A stretch of 64,000 nucleotides of DNA from Camelus ferus (Eukaryota): contig NC_045696.1 of NCBI RefSeq assembly GCF_009834535.1, forward strand, positions 84,880,001-84,944,000, read 5' to 3'. Position 1 is the stretch's first letter, and each line of letters begins with the position of its first letter. The translations under genes and the position numbers were made by a program. The notes below the pieces were generated by a model. That model searched no databases and had not been told where the DNA came from. It saw only the letters and a program-made list of their open reading frames with translations. Positions 51,759 to 64,000 of this stretch are shown one piece after another.

Positions 51759-54551
51759 TGTCTGTGAAGAGCCTCTTGAGTCACTGCTCTAAAATGTTTC
51801 AATCTTTTTTCCATAACAAGGATACAAAATTTCTTTCCAAACAGCAGAAGTAGAGGTTTAAATAATGGTGCTAAGATTATCTTTTACATTTTCACCCTAA
51901 ATCTTATAAAACAATCGTCTCTATTTCATTTTGATGTGATTTTTTTTAGCATCATTAAATAAAGCCTGAAAATTTAAATTTGGATAGAGATGGAAATACA
52001 GATTGTGATTTGGGGGCGGGGGGGGCTTTTATTTCTTAGTTCAGCAAAGTTTAGTAGACAAAAAGTAATCTTTTTGCTTCACTTCTCCATTAGCGAAAAA
52101 TCCTTAAACTATTTGCTAAGTTTTTATACCAAGTCATATTATTAATACACATATTGTGGATCTTTTAAACATGAATTGCTCAACAGCTTTAAAAGAAATA
52201 TTTGGAATAAAATAGCTTCTTTATTTTTCTAATGTATCATTCTCAGGCTTGTCCAACTTTTCACTTCTGGTTAAATTTATTTACCAGGCTTTATCTAGGG
52301 TAAATTATTCCTGGGAACCTATAATCAGAATAGGAAGTACTGGTTGACCAGGAGGAATATAGCAGGGAATAGGTAAAAATTGCTTTATGATTTTTGAGTT
52401 GCAAGATTTATGGCATGTATTTATTCAATTTAAATAAAACCTGGCTCTGAGCTTTCACTTGCAAAGGTTAGTAAGTGATCCACAATATGTGTCCTTTTGT
52501 TATTTTCTATCCCTTTCCCTTAGTTTATGTTAAGACTGTGGGGCTTATGCCACAAAAGTAAAAATGAGGGAAGAACTACTAATCTATAATAAACATTAGA
52601 CACTGTTGAGATAGTTACTGTCCAGGATCATACAGAATTTTCCATGAGAAGGACTTGTTGGTGGCACCCATTTCTTTCTTACAGAGATCAGTGACCTTTA
52701 CTATATCATACAAAAAATTTAAAAGAATATTAAATGATTTTGAAATTAAATTTAGTGGGATTTTGAATTAAAGACAGCTATAAATCTTTATTTTTTTTCT
52801 GTGCAGTTACTTAGGGATATAGATAAATGCTTCTCCAAATTCTTCCTTCACGTCAGTCTTTAAACTTCATAGCTCTTTTGGCAGTTTGTAAGGAGTGTTA
52901 AATGAGGAAAATTAACATCACAGTTAGAATGGTTATGTGCCTGTTGTCAAAAGTTTGGTTATATTTTCACTATATGGGGGCAAGGTAGGAAAATAAATGA
53001 CTCTGAAATTAAGGGTATGGACAAAAGGTGGAGTGCTCATTTCTTTTTCAAAATCAATTGGTCACCTGTACTTAGGTTTTCCTATATAGATTTTCGCTAA
53101 TATAGACTCCTGCAGCATTTTCCGTTTTTCATTAGCATAGCCCTAAAGTAATATCAAAGTGATCTTATGGGATAATGAGAGCCATCTTCTCTTGTCAGTC
53201 TAATGGATTGTTTGTGAAATGTGTTCAATAAAGTTGTCCTTGATCCCTCATTAATTCTGATATCTATATCCAGCTTTATTGTGAGGAGATAGATGTTGTA
53301 GATGAAATATATGTAGCAAGTAATGTCACTTTTTCACAGTTGAATGAGAGACTTTCTTAAGTAACAGAATTGCATTTAAAGGATTTGCCAAGGAGACACC
53401 ATACTGTGTCCTTTCTTCTCTTGAACTAAATATCTGATCAATATATTACCAATCAATCATGTGCATCCATACATGTGCACTTATGCACTGCTCATACAGT
53501 TGAAAGCATACTTGCCTTAAAAAACATATTTCATGTTTGTTCCTCTCAAAATATCGCTCTGTCCTTCCAATAACCTGTCTACTCTTGCAATAAAGTCAAA
53601 AAGTCAAATCTTGATACTTCTGCTTTATTTACTGTTATCAACTTTCTTATGCCAGTGAAATCTACTACTATAGGTTGCCCAGAAGTTGAGGTTAATGGAA
53701 TATAATGAATATTGTTACGTAATTCCTGCATTAATTATCATTGTCCACATACCTAAAGGATTTCTAGATAAGGAAAACCCTTAGTCAGCTAACAAGAAAC
53801 CAGATCCCAGCAAAATTAAGACCTTGGGAAATGACTTGTGAGGAGTATTGCACAAGCCATTCCCATTGGGCATTGTAAATTTCTCATTTTAAAGTGAGTG
53901 AATTGGGCTTCTCTCTGTACCGCACTAATGAAACTCTGCTATCAAGGATTTACATGACCTCCTAGCTACCAAACTACATGGATCCTGTGGGCCACTGCTC
54001 TAATATCCACTTCCCTGACAAGGCCACTGTCTCTCTTTGTGTCTTGCCTTTTATACCTTCATTTTTATTTTTTTTTACTTACCTATTAAACATTTATATT
54101 TTTTCAAAAGTTCCATTCTCAGCCTTATCTTCTGTCTGTTATAATGGAAATTAAGCCAATTATGTGAATCTCAGGACTTCAGCTTCCATGTCTGCCCTCA
54201 TTAACGTTACTCTGTTTCGTTAGATAGCCCTCTCCCCTTCTCCTGACCTCTAGTTCTTCCTCCTTCTTCTCTTGTTTCACTTTTCTTTTTTTTCCTTCTC
54301 TTTCCCCTTTCTTTCTGTATTAAAAATTTTTGATTCTGATTGTTTCACACTCCTGTGATTCAAACTGTTCTTATTTAATACCTTGCACGTGGCATGAGTA
54401 ACCTTTATGATGTTACCTTGCCTACTTCATCCCCCAGTTCTGTTCTTCCCTATTGCTCTGCGCACATATGTTCTTAAGTTCTACTAACTTTTGTATTATT
54501 GTTTGTACCCTAAACAGTATATTAGATTAAGGCTTCTTTTTTCCTGCCTTG

Positions 54552-55320
54552 TTCATTCATTTATTCAAATTATATCTTGTAAACACAAATTACATGTTGG
54601 GCATTTTTATTGTTGCTGAAGATATAGAAATGATTAAAATAACACAAAATCTTTGCCTTCAAAGAGTATCCATTCTAGTTATGGAGACAGACCATAAACA
54701 AAATGAATAACATTTTTATGTCAGAAGATACAAAATTAGAGAAAATAAAGCAAGGCAGAGGCAGAGGGTGGCTCAGGCAGAGTTACAATTTAAATAGAGT
54801 GATCATGGTGAGACTGGCTGAGAACAAGACATCAGTCAAGACATGTGAAGTATGGTAAAAGCCATATGGCCGTCTGTGTGAAGGAAGTTCAAAGCTAGCA
54901 CAACAGCATATTTAGGGGCCCTACTGATACACCATGTCTAACTTCCTTAAATAATAGCAGGAGATTTTGAGTGGCTAAGTGGAAGTAAGTGGATAAATGG
55001 AAGTAAGTGGATGAATAGTAGCAAAAGTAGTCACTTATCTCAGAACCAGATTATGGAGGGCAGGTAGGTTACTACTAAAATTATGACCAACTCTGAATGA
55101 GATGTGCCACTGGGAAATTTTAAGCAAAAGATTATACACTCTAGCTATTTTAATGAATTCACTCTAGCTACTATTGTTAAAAAATAGATTGAGATGACAC
55201 AAATGAACCAGAGAGACCAGTTAAAAGGTTATTTCGATAATCCAAATGAGGGATATTGATCTGGAATTAAAGTGATACCATCAAAGACCAAGAGAGTTGA
55301 TTAATTTCTGGGTGCATTTG
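54552..55320 (-). mobile_element. LINE L2a, apparently nested in an oppositely oriented L2 (~53915-55500)
   Basis: Starts 'ttcattcatttattc', then 'ttgccttcaaagag...cattctagt...ggagacagac...gagagaccagttaaaagg'. Confidence 0.75.
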
Positions 55321-55671
55321 ATTACCTTTACTTCCACTACATTTAAATATCCTCCTCATCTTTCAAAGCCCCCTAAATTTTAATGCCACAAAAGAAGCAT
55401 CCCAGAAATGTTTACTTTATATCTGAATCCCTAATGTTTTTCACGTACTTCTTCATAGATATGGTTACTTCATATTCAAACTAGAATATGGAAATGTTGG
55501 CTCATGTTAGTTGTTCAAGAAACATTAGTTCTTTTCCCAACACTACCCAAAATTAAAATACTCTTCTGTCTATAATCATCCCGTAACTATTAACATTTGT
55601 TAGAAAATTTGGATTTTATTTAGTTTTAGAATTTGTGATTAATTGTAAATATAGCACATATGTTATATTTG

Positions 55672-57226
55672 AAGTCAGTTCTCAAGCTTTCTAGTGTCAA
55701 GAACTCTTTATACTCTGAAAAATTACCCAGGACTTCAAAGAGCTTCTATGTAGGTGGGTTATGTCAGTGGTGGCTGGTAAACCAGGTATCTGAGGAAGAA
55801 CAAAAGCCCTGACTTGTAGCCTTTATAATTTGTATGGTATAAATTTTGATATCATTTCAAATTTCTAACTGCCAGTAGTTTAACATTGCCTCTCAAAATT
55901 CCAGAATAATTAGTTCTCATGTACCAGTATATATTTAAGCCAACTGCAATACGTTGTTGTCTATTTCTATTGATATTTATATATTAAAATGAAAACTATT
56001 TTAAAAATATTACTTCATATAAAATAATACTAATTCATTGCAAGTTGGTAAAAATTACATTTAAAAACTACACTTTGAAAAAAAGTATTTTTAAGAGAAG
56101 TGACATTATTTTTCTTATTTGTGAACTTTTGAATGTCTGGCTTAATATAGGACAATTATATTTTCATATCTTCTTTATTCACTCTATGCTGCATATACCT
56201 GAAGAAAATCCAGCCTTACTCAGATTTGTTATTAATTATTAGAAATAGAAATATTTGAATGACTTTTGTAGATAATGATGGATATTCTTCTTTGATGCTA
56301 TACCAAAACTTGGCAATTGCTAGCTTCTTAAAAGATAGTTGCAGTGTAGATTGTGAAGCATTATCAGTGAACTTTTTTTTTGCTTTAGTCACATTAAAAT
56401 CCATTGATCTATTCTGCATTTGAAAGGATTCATTTAATGCATGATTTTTAGCATTAATCATCAGTTATCTTGAAAACACTACTCACTGAATTAAGCATAT
56501 CTTCCAAATGCTGACGTATTTTATTAAATCATATCAAAAATACCATAGGTTGATATCACTAGCAATCTCATCAGAAAAGTTTTTATGTATCAAACAGATC
56601 TCAAGCTCAGGTATTAGATACATACTTTTCAAAATTATAATTTTCACTCAAAGTCTCAAGTTTTATCACAACAAATACTGTCAGCTTTTTTTTCCTTCAA
56701 GTGACAAGTTCTGTTCACGTTCAAAAACATACCTATAATGCAGTTTGTCTGATGGCCATTCTTTCAAATAAATACAGTGTTTAATTAGAAAAAAAAAAGT
56801 TTAGCTTGCAACTAAAATAACTTGGCAAAAGCTTTCATTCAGTCAGTCATCATGTTTTTAGTATGCTGCAGAGGGACTTCATGTGTGCTTTCTTTTTAAA
56901 AATGCATGTATTCAGTGGTCCAGATTTAATAGCATTAGTAAGTTTATTGCTTCATCAATACATTCTTAAGTGCATTTCTTTTCCCTATGTGTGTACATAA
57001 AGAAGACTATAATGACAACTAGTTAAGTTTTGTGCTTCTACATTATTTGGATTAACACACCAAAAATTTTGCCTACTGTTGCCTTTTCACCATCATTGAC
57101 AATATCAAAACTCTGAAAAAGGAAAAAATTGTTTGGCATGGTAATGAAAAACAGTATTAACATGCAGATTCCCTGAAGGTACATTGAGGACTGAGAGCTG
57201 CACAGGCCACCGTTTGAGACCCAGTG
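55672..57226 (-). mobile_element. Charlie1a (hAT) near-full-length element with degenerate transposase
   Basis: Both termini present ('cagttctcaagc...' and '...tttgagacccagtg'); ORF 56216-56461 'LQLSFKKL...FWYSIKEEYPSLS' resembles the hAT C-terminal dimerisation region; ORF 57038-57232 'DGEKATVGK' resembles the hAT 'DGA.AM.G' motif. Confidence 0.85.
55765..55956 (-). mobile_element. MER63A-like (hAT-Blackjack) MITE nested inside Charlie1a
   Basis: 'cagtggtggctggtaaacc...aaaagccctgacttgtagc...caaaattccagaa' interrupts the Charlie1a sequence 'gtgggttat|...ctattgatatt'. Confidence 0.7.
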
Positions 57227-57235
57227 TTCCAAGCA

Positions 57236-57495
57236 GTAATCACTAACATTTATTGAGGATTTCTCATTTTATGAGAATGAACTCAGCACTTTTTCTTTTT
57301 ATCAACTAAATGACTTAACATTCAGTTGTTATTAGGTAAATAATATTAGCCCTAGTTGGTCAGTGAGGAAACTCAGATGAAGAAAGGGGAAGTAAATTGT
57401 CTGGTTTTACACAGCTAGTAAGTGGTAGATCCCGGATTTGATCTCATGCAATTCAATTTAAAAGTCTCCCCTCTTACCATTATGTTATATTGCCC
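57236..57495 (-). mobile_element. MIR SINE
   Basis: 'ctaacatttattgag...tgaggaaactcag...acacagctagtaagtggtagatcccggatttga'. Confidence 0.85.
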
Positions 57496-59099
57496 CTCTA
57501 CATGTTTGTATGTCTGTTTCATAGTGTTTCTTTTTATATTAGGACCACATGGTAATCTGTATCAACCCAATGTAGCAATAAAACAGAGTAAGACCTCAGT
57601 ATATATTGATGAGTAACTTTTTTAAAGAACTGCCTGAGATACTCTATGTTCATGATGCTTCTGTTACTTTAAATATGTGTAGCAAAATCATATTTGTACA
57701 AAAATCTGAGCCTTCCCAGGAAAATAGAGAAGAGGAAAATATGAAACTTTAAACTAGAAAGATAATACCATTGGAAGAGATATTACTGATACAGTTGAAA
57801 ATCTTGCTGCCATTTTAGTATTTATTCCTACTCACTCCATCCATTATCAAATATTTTACTGTACTATTCAGAAGAACATGGCTCTGTAGTTTGTTTGTTT
57901 TGTTTTGTCTTCTTGTTTTTTGCCTGAGCACCTCTCAAAGCTTTTGAGAATGAAATATTGTACAGAATTTAATGTTTCAAAGGCCATGTAGAGTTGTCTA
58001 TTCACATACTTCTAGTAAAACTGCACATTTCTATACATATATGCTATGTAACAAACCCCAAAAAATTACAAAATAAGTAGTTCACATAAAATATACAATT
58101 TAGAGATCTGATATTTGATATTAAAATTTAATTTAACCTATTCTTTTAATTTATATGTAACATCTGTCCCACTTTCCCATAGTATCAAAGAGATGAATGT
58201 GAGCTATCAAAGTGCTTCTTTGTATGAAATATTGCAAAAATAGCATATCACCTCCCAAACTTCTCAGACTTGTAAGCAGTTGAGTCTACTACTATTCAGA
58301 TAATGAAAACTTGTTAGAGTGGAAATAGGCTGGTGCATCACAGCCCAGGGATTGATTTCATCAAAATGTATTATGAAATATATATGAAATATATTTCACC
58401 AAAAATATAATGTAAAATATTTACAAAAAATAAGGCAATAATGAAAGCAAAATAATGTCCTAAAGCATATATACAAATTGTCAAAAGTATGAAAAGAGAA
58501 AGGTTGTCATCAGTTTTGTTAGCACTCCAGTTTTGTCCCTTTATTTTAGGTAAAGGATGATAAGTTATTCCCACTTATCCAGCACATTTTCTTCATCCAT
58601 TACACATCATATTTGCCTAAGGAAATTTATGTTCCAAGCTACTAAAATTTTGTAAAGAATATAATGCTGCTAAGTAAACTAGCAAAATGAAGATAGGTAG
58701 AAAGTCATTAACCACAAATATTTATATGCAGTTGCTACCATTAGCTTGTTAACTTTGCTTACATTAACTTGGCATTTCACAGCAATGCACAGAGGCTTAC
58801 AACTAAGTAGTAATGCTGGGGTTTACTCACTTTCTATGATCTAGACAAAAGCATAAATGTTTGAATGAAAAGTCACCATGAAATTAAGAAAAGTTATCTC
58901 TAATGTGGACAGGTATGCATTATTTAATCTAAAATAGAAAACAAAAGAATCAAAAATTGTAAAATCACATTTACTACTGTACAACAATCAGTTTTAAGTG
59001 TTTCAGTTACATAAGAAGGAGAATAAAAAAAGATACATAGGTAAAGAGATTTATTTTGAAGTAAAATACATCGTCAACTATGAAAGAATTAAAAATAAA

Positions 59100-61400
59100 T
59101 GAAAACCTTCAGAAAAATGAATGGAGGAGAAATAAAGTCTGTAATATGCAGGTGACAGCCCTGCACTGGGAAATTGAATAGAAATAGGCTTGGAAGACCT
59201 TGAGACCAGAGGTGGCAGCCTTGAGAAAGCACAAATTTAGAAAGAGAAATAAGTTGAAAGGAGAAGATATCACTTGAAGGTTTGGTGGTGACAAAAAAAA
59301 AAAAGAGAGAAGCATGTAATGAAAATTGTGGATCCTACAGAAACAATTTCACAAGATTAAAAAAAAAACTCCAATCCTTCCCCTTCAATAAAAATATGAT
59401 CTATTTAAGAAATTACACTTCTCTATACCAACAGAAAAGCTTGCTATGAACTAAGGAACCTAGTAAGACACCCAAAATCATCACTCCTGCCTACTTAGAA
59501 ACACCTGCTATTATTGGCTTAAGGAAATATAGATTCTTTCAAAATTAACTAACTTGTAAAGAAAAAGGCTATTTTAAAAAGAAAGGAAAATTAGAACAAA
59601 ACAATCTGATGAAAGTATTTTCCAAAATACTAACCACCAAGCCACAAAAAAGAAACCCTTATATAAGCTAAATATTTTGTAAGCAATTAGATATAAGCAA
59701 ATACAAAGAAAGGATCATAAAGCTAAACAATAATATGGAGATGGCATAAAACACAGACTGAGGTGAAATGAATGTTGATAACTCTCAGAAGTAAAATTTT
59801 AGAATATTAAGATGAATTTATCTAAAAACTGAAGACTAATTTCAAGCTGCTGATGGAAGGAGAAATTTGACTAGACATACAATGAGAAGCCTTGAGGAGA
59901 GAAATGAAAACTTTCAGGAGAAAGAAAGCAAAATAATAAAAGAATTATAAAGCTTTCCCAGTAAATGAACAAAGAAGATCCAACTGTTGAATAGGAAGAA
60001 CAAAGAGAAGGAAGAGGAAGAAGAGAAGGAGAAGGAAAGTGATACAAGGTACCATACTCCAAGAAATGCTTGAAAGAAAATATCTGTCTCTGTATTTAAA
60101 GAGCCAGTCATTAGCATGGAAACATTAACTTAAACCTGTCATCTTTGAATATATTCTAATGTAACAATTGTATTTTTAAGATGCAAAATATAAAAAGGTC
60201 CTTAAACTAACAATGAACAAAAGAAAATCACTTACAAATGAAAGACAGTTTGACCTGAAACTTCTTGAGGGCAATATGGAAATTATACAAGAGTGGAGCA
60301 TCCGTTTAAAAAAAAAAAACTCAAGAATGTGTGATTCAAGGATTTTATACCAGCTAAGCTGTCTTTCAGTATAATGGCTATTGGAAAAGTGTTAAATGTT
60401 TAAGAATATAGGGAACAGTGTAATCATTATCTCTTTCTGAGAAATCTACTGGAATATAAACTTTCTTCAGCTAAAAAGGGAAAAGGGAAATGGACAAAGA
60501 GACTGACCTTGAATATTTTATATATTTAATTGGCTCTACAAGGCTAATACCATTGATAGGGATGGGGGTATATTGACATGTGAGCATTGTGTTCTCTAAT
60601 AAAATAGAAGGGATATAGTTTAAAAATGGAAGAAGAAAGAGGGAAAAAGCCAAGTCAAATAAACTCATTGATTGCTGCATTAGGGCTATGTAGGCTTCAA
60701 AGCCTGTCATTTACAACTGGCACACCAACAATTAGATACCTGGGTGATAAAAAGGGCAAAGGCATTACAAAACGTACAGACATAAAGATAATCAAAGAGC
60801 AAAAATAAAATCTGCTCTACAAAAACAAAGCAATGTAAAAAAAATGAAGAAAAATAGAGAAATACAGTAAATAACAGTGTACAAATAATAAATAATAGGA
60901 TAAAATAATATGACAAATTTGAGACTAAACATAGTGCTATTAATAAACTTTAAAAATGTATGAGTATGTATAGAAATTTTTATTAGAGTATAAGCTTATA
61001 TTTATATATCACAAACACAAAATCCCTTCTACTATGAAATATTGTGATTCTAAAATATTTAAAGTTGTTACAATAGAGAAAAAGGGATTAAGGTCTAGAA
61101 AGCTTTAGACCTGAAATACAATATTAAATTTTTCTGTAGGAATATCAATAATAAATATGTTTCTGTGTTTTATATTAAATGTAAAGAAACACTAATAAAT
61201 CTACTCAAAAATTCAAAAGAAATTATAGATTCATTTAAATTTAATGCACAAATAAAATCCACGCTTAAATGTTCTCCAGCCCACTTTGCAAAATAAAGAT
61301 ATAGCATATTCAAGTGGAAAACTAATTGAGAACCAAAATTTTGAATATTTTATCAATATTTTATGATCAAATATGATACACTAGATTATATTCCTTAGAT
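59100..61400 (+). mobile_element. Ancient LINE-1 (L1ME/HAL1-type) 5' region with decayed ORF1 and possible ORF2 start
   Basis: A-rich strand; 'aaggattttataccagctaagctgtctttcag' near 60340 corresponds to the L1 ORF1 RILYPAKLSF motif; boundaries approximate. Confidence 0.6.
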
Positions 61401-62539
61401 ATGATAATCAAAACTAAGACTTCCAATAAAAATCAATATGGAAACCACATGGCATTATATTTAAGAGGAATACACTTTTATTCCTTCAGTCTTATGGATG
61501 TTTCATTGAGGCCTATGGGGCTGATACACTGTTTTGAACAACTTGTTCATCTAAATTATACTTAAAGGACAGTGGTCCTAGAAAGCCAATGTTACTTAAT
61601 TCCTTATTTTCACAGAACTATTGATGGATCTACAAGAAGAGATGTACAATGTTAACAACATTTGGTAACTAGTAATATTGATTAATAAGCTGGCAAGCTG
61701 TAGAAAGAATGACCTCTGAAAAACTTAAGTTGCCTTGGGTCAAAATGAAAGACCATGTCAGGGTCAAAATGGTGTAATATTTCTATCAATTACCAGGGAC
61801 ATAGAAATCTCACTGGACAGGGGGAGTTATGAAGACTCTGTTGTGTGAAAGTTGTTTTTTAGTCTAAAGAATCAGAATATATTACTGATTTTTCTACATT
61901 AATACAATATTCTTTACTTTGATACATGAAAAAAATTAAGCCAAGTAACACATATAGCAACAGAAGTGAGTATAGGGTGCCACTTTAAATCTGGACATAT
62001 GAAACTGGAAGGAAATAGGACAAAGTCTAGAATAAATGATTGGAATACTCTTGATATTAGGTTTATATCTTCACTTGTGGGGGCAGGATAAATCCTGTGA
62101 CTGCTGCAGAATAAATGGCACTTGCCTTTGTGTGGAAGAGGGTCCCACGATCTCTCCTTACAGCTGTGGATGTGCCAAAAGTAGACAGTTGGATGAACAA
62201 ACAGACCGTCCCTATAAATTATTATATTAAATGAATATTCACTGGCTATGAGTAGATACTGATGTTTTAGGGTACTCAGGGAGAATATATCTACTATATT
62301 CCCAAGTCTCACAGGAAACAGAAAGTAAGACCTCCTTATTCAAAGTTGGATCAAGGAGAACATTTTAAAAGATAAGAAGCACAAGAGACCAATGGGAACA
62401 ATTCATTTTATTAAAAAATATGCTCAAGATCCTGAAGAGCATAAATACTTTAGAAAAAAATTTACTGATAGTACTTAGAGAAGAGACAATCTTGTTCACA
62501 GAGTATATCCACAAAGCTTAGCATCTTCCTAGGAGCCCA

Positions 62540-63290
62540 GTAGTAAGTTTGAATTCTTCCTCTTTATTTTGTTCTCCGAGTCTGCTTTAATATATTTGAG
62601 TCAGTATCATACTGATTTGAGTTAATTTAGCATATAAAACACTTTAGTATCTGGTAGATTAGTTCCCTGCAGTAATTTTTCTTTTAGAAATTTCCTTAGC
62701 TATCCTCAACCATTTATTCTTCCAGATGATGTCAGAATAATTTTGTTAAGTTCCATTTTTTTCATCAGAGTTATAAATGGAATGAATTTACCTCTGTATG
62801 GAGTTTTATAGGAAATTAATGTCTTTATAATATTATGTCATCTTATTCAGGAAAATAATATTCTATCAGTTTCTTAATGTCTTCTCTTGTGTTCTTGACT
62901 GGCTGGTACATTTGTAAAAACTGTGTGATAGAGGACGCAAGAAAGTTCACGTCCTCAGGACTTGCCTTGGAAGAACACAGGAGGGAAACTATTTTTAAAT
63001 CCTCCTTTCATGTTGTCTTGTAGTTTATTTTTGTTTTGTTTTGTTTTGTTTTTTGCTTTTTATTTAATTACTTCATAGATCTACTTATAATTTTATTTGG
63101 ATACTCTTGTTAATATATCAATTATATCTTTATAATTGTATTTGGCTACTCTTGTTAATACAAGTTATCTTTTTTACTGTTTAATTTTTAAAATATTTGT
63201 CAATGACATGTAAGAAAGCTAGTGATTTTGGTAAAATATTTTGAATTAAGGCATTTATCTGAAACACTGTCTTATAGGTAACAACATTAG
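62540..63290 (-). mobile_element. Ancient LINE-1 (L1ME-like) ORF2 fragment, interrupted, including a (TTTTG)n tract at ~63025-63055
   Basis: 'tttattcttccagatga...agaataattttgttaagttcc...tctttataatatt' follows the reverse L1 ORF2 pattern. Confidence 0.55.
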
Positions 63291-63294
63291 GTAG

Positions 63295-63410
63295 TATTGT
63301 GTGTCATGAGTATTTGAGTTTTGATAGTGCTAGAGTTGGATTCCCTTCCTTGCCACTTAACTATGTCATCTTTAGCAAGTAAGTTAACTTTTTGAGTCAT
63401 AGTAAGAGAA
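63295..63410 (+). mobile_element. MIR fragment
   Basis: 'gttggattccc...gccacttaactatgtcatctttagcaagtaagttaact'. Confidence 0.6.
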
Positions 63411-64000
63411 ATGGTTTAAGGTGCAACGTGACTACCTCTTTGTAAATCCAGGAGGGCCTGACAGCAGTTTAGCTCTCCATTTAGATTAAATGTGTAAAAT
63501 CTGCTGTTAATAATGCATTTGGGTGAAATTCTGAGATGAAGAATACTCTCCTTTAATATTAAATTTCACTGTTCATAAGCTGTGCTTGCATCCATTGATA
63601 TACTTAGTTTGATCAAGGAATGTTACTCTTTTACCATGATGCTGGAGCAAATGTGCTAGCATTTCAATGGAACTTCTGCATAATCTTTCTTTTCTGCACT
63701 ATACATGTTAGATTTTGTTAACAGTTTGTTTCTTTCATATATTTTTAATATAGAGAGAAATTTCAAATCTATGGAATTACTTTAAATTACTTTAAAGCTT
63801 AAAAAAAGTCACACACTTCTCAAGTTATATGAAATGCTTAACTTGTAAGATCATCTGAATTTGTAAACTTTTTTTTAAGAAATACATTTCAATGTCCTTG
63901 GTCACACACTTGTCTAGATTGCTTAAATCTACATTATTTAATTTTAATATCTAACATCTTGCATTCCAGACTATGTTCCAACAATGGGCAATTCTTTAAC

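Noticed and set aside
61914..62312. 132-aa minus-strand ORF, the longest apparently non-repeat ORF
   Set aside because: It has a non-ATG start, no domain-like features and no splice support.
1..64000. CRISPR arrays, operons, tRNA/rRNA genes, non-retroviral endogenous viral ORFs
   Set aside because: No regularly spaced repeats, RNA-gene signatures or long viral-like reading frames were seen; this is repeat-rich mammalian DNA.

Overview
AT-rich, CpG-poor mammalian non-coding DNA: either a gene desert or the interior of a large intron. No protein-coding gene, RNA gene or CRISPR array can be supported. The only ORFs with recognisable homology are transposon remnants: the LINE-1 ORF2 C-terminus (8144-8638) and hAT/Charlie transposase pieces (56216-57232). 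Much of the window is layered eutherian repeats (L2, MIR, L1ME/L1MC, MaLR and ERVL LTRs, an ERV1 solo LTR, hAT and Tigger DNA transposons). The L1 3'UTR style and the absence of recognisable Alu, B1/B2, BovB/Bov-tA, PRE1 or SINEC suggest a cetartiodactyl, probably a camelid (inference). Repeat subfamily names come from recalled consensus sequences and need RepeatMasker/Dfam confirmation. The best-supported notable structures are a young 5'-inverted (twin-primed) L1 with a perfect 13-bp TSD, an intact ERV1 solo LTR with a 4-bp TSD, nested insertions, and two interleaved perfect 19-bp inverted repeats. More speculative items are a cysteine-rich small ORF with a signal-peptide-like start, two candidate small exons and enhancer-like motif clusters. 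I found no convincing new biological system.
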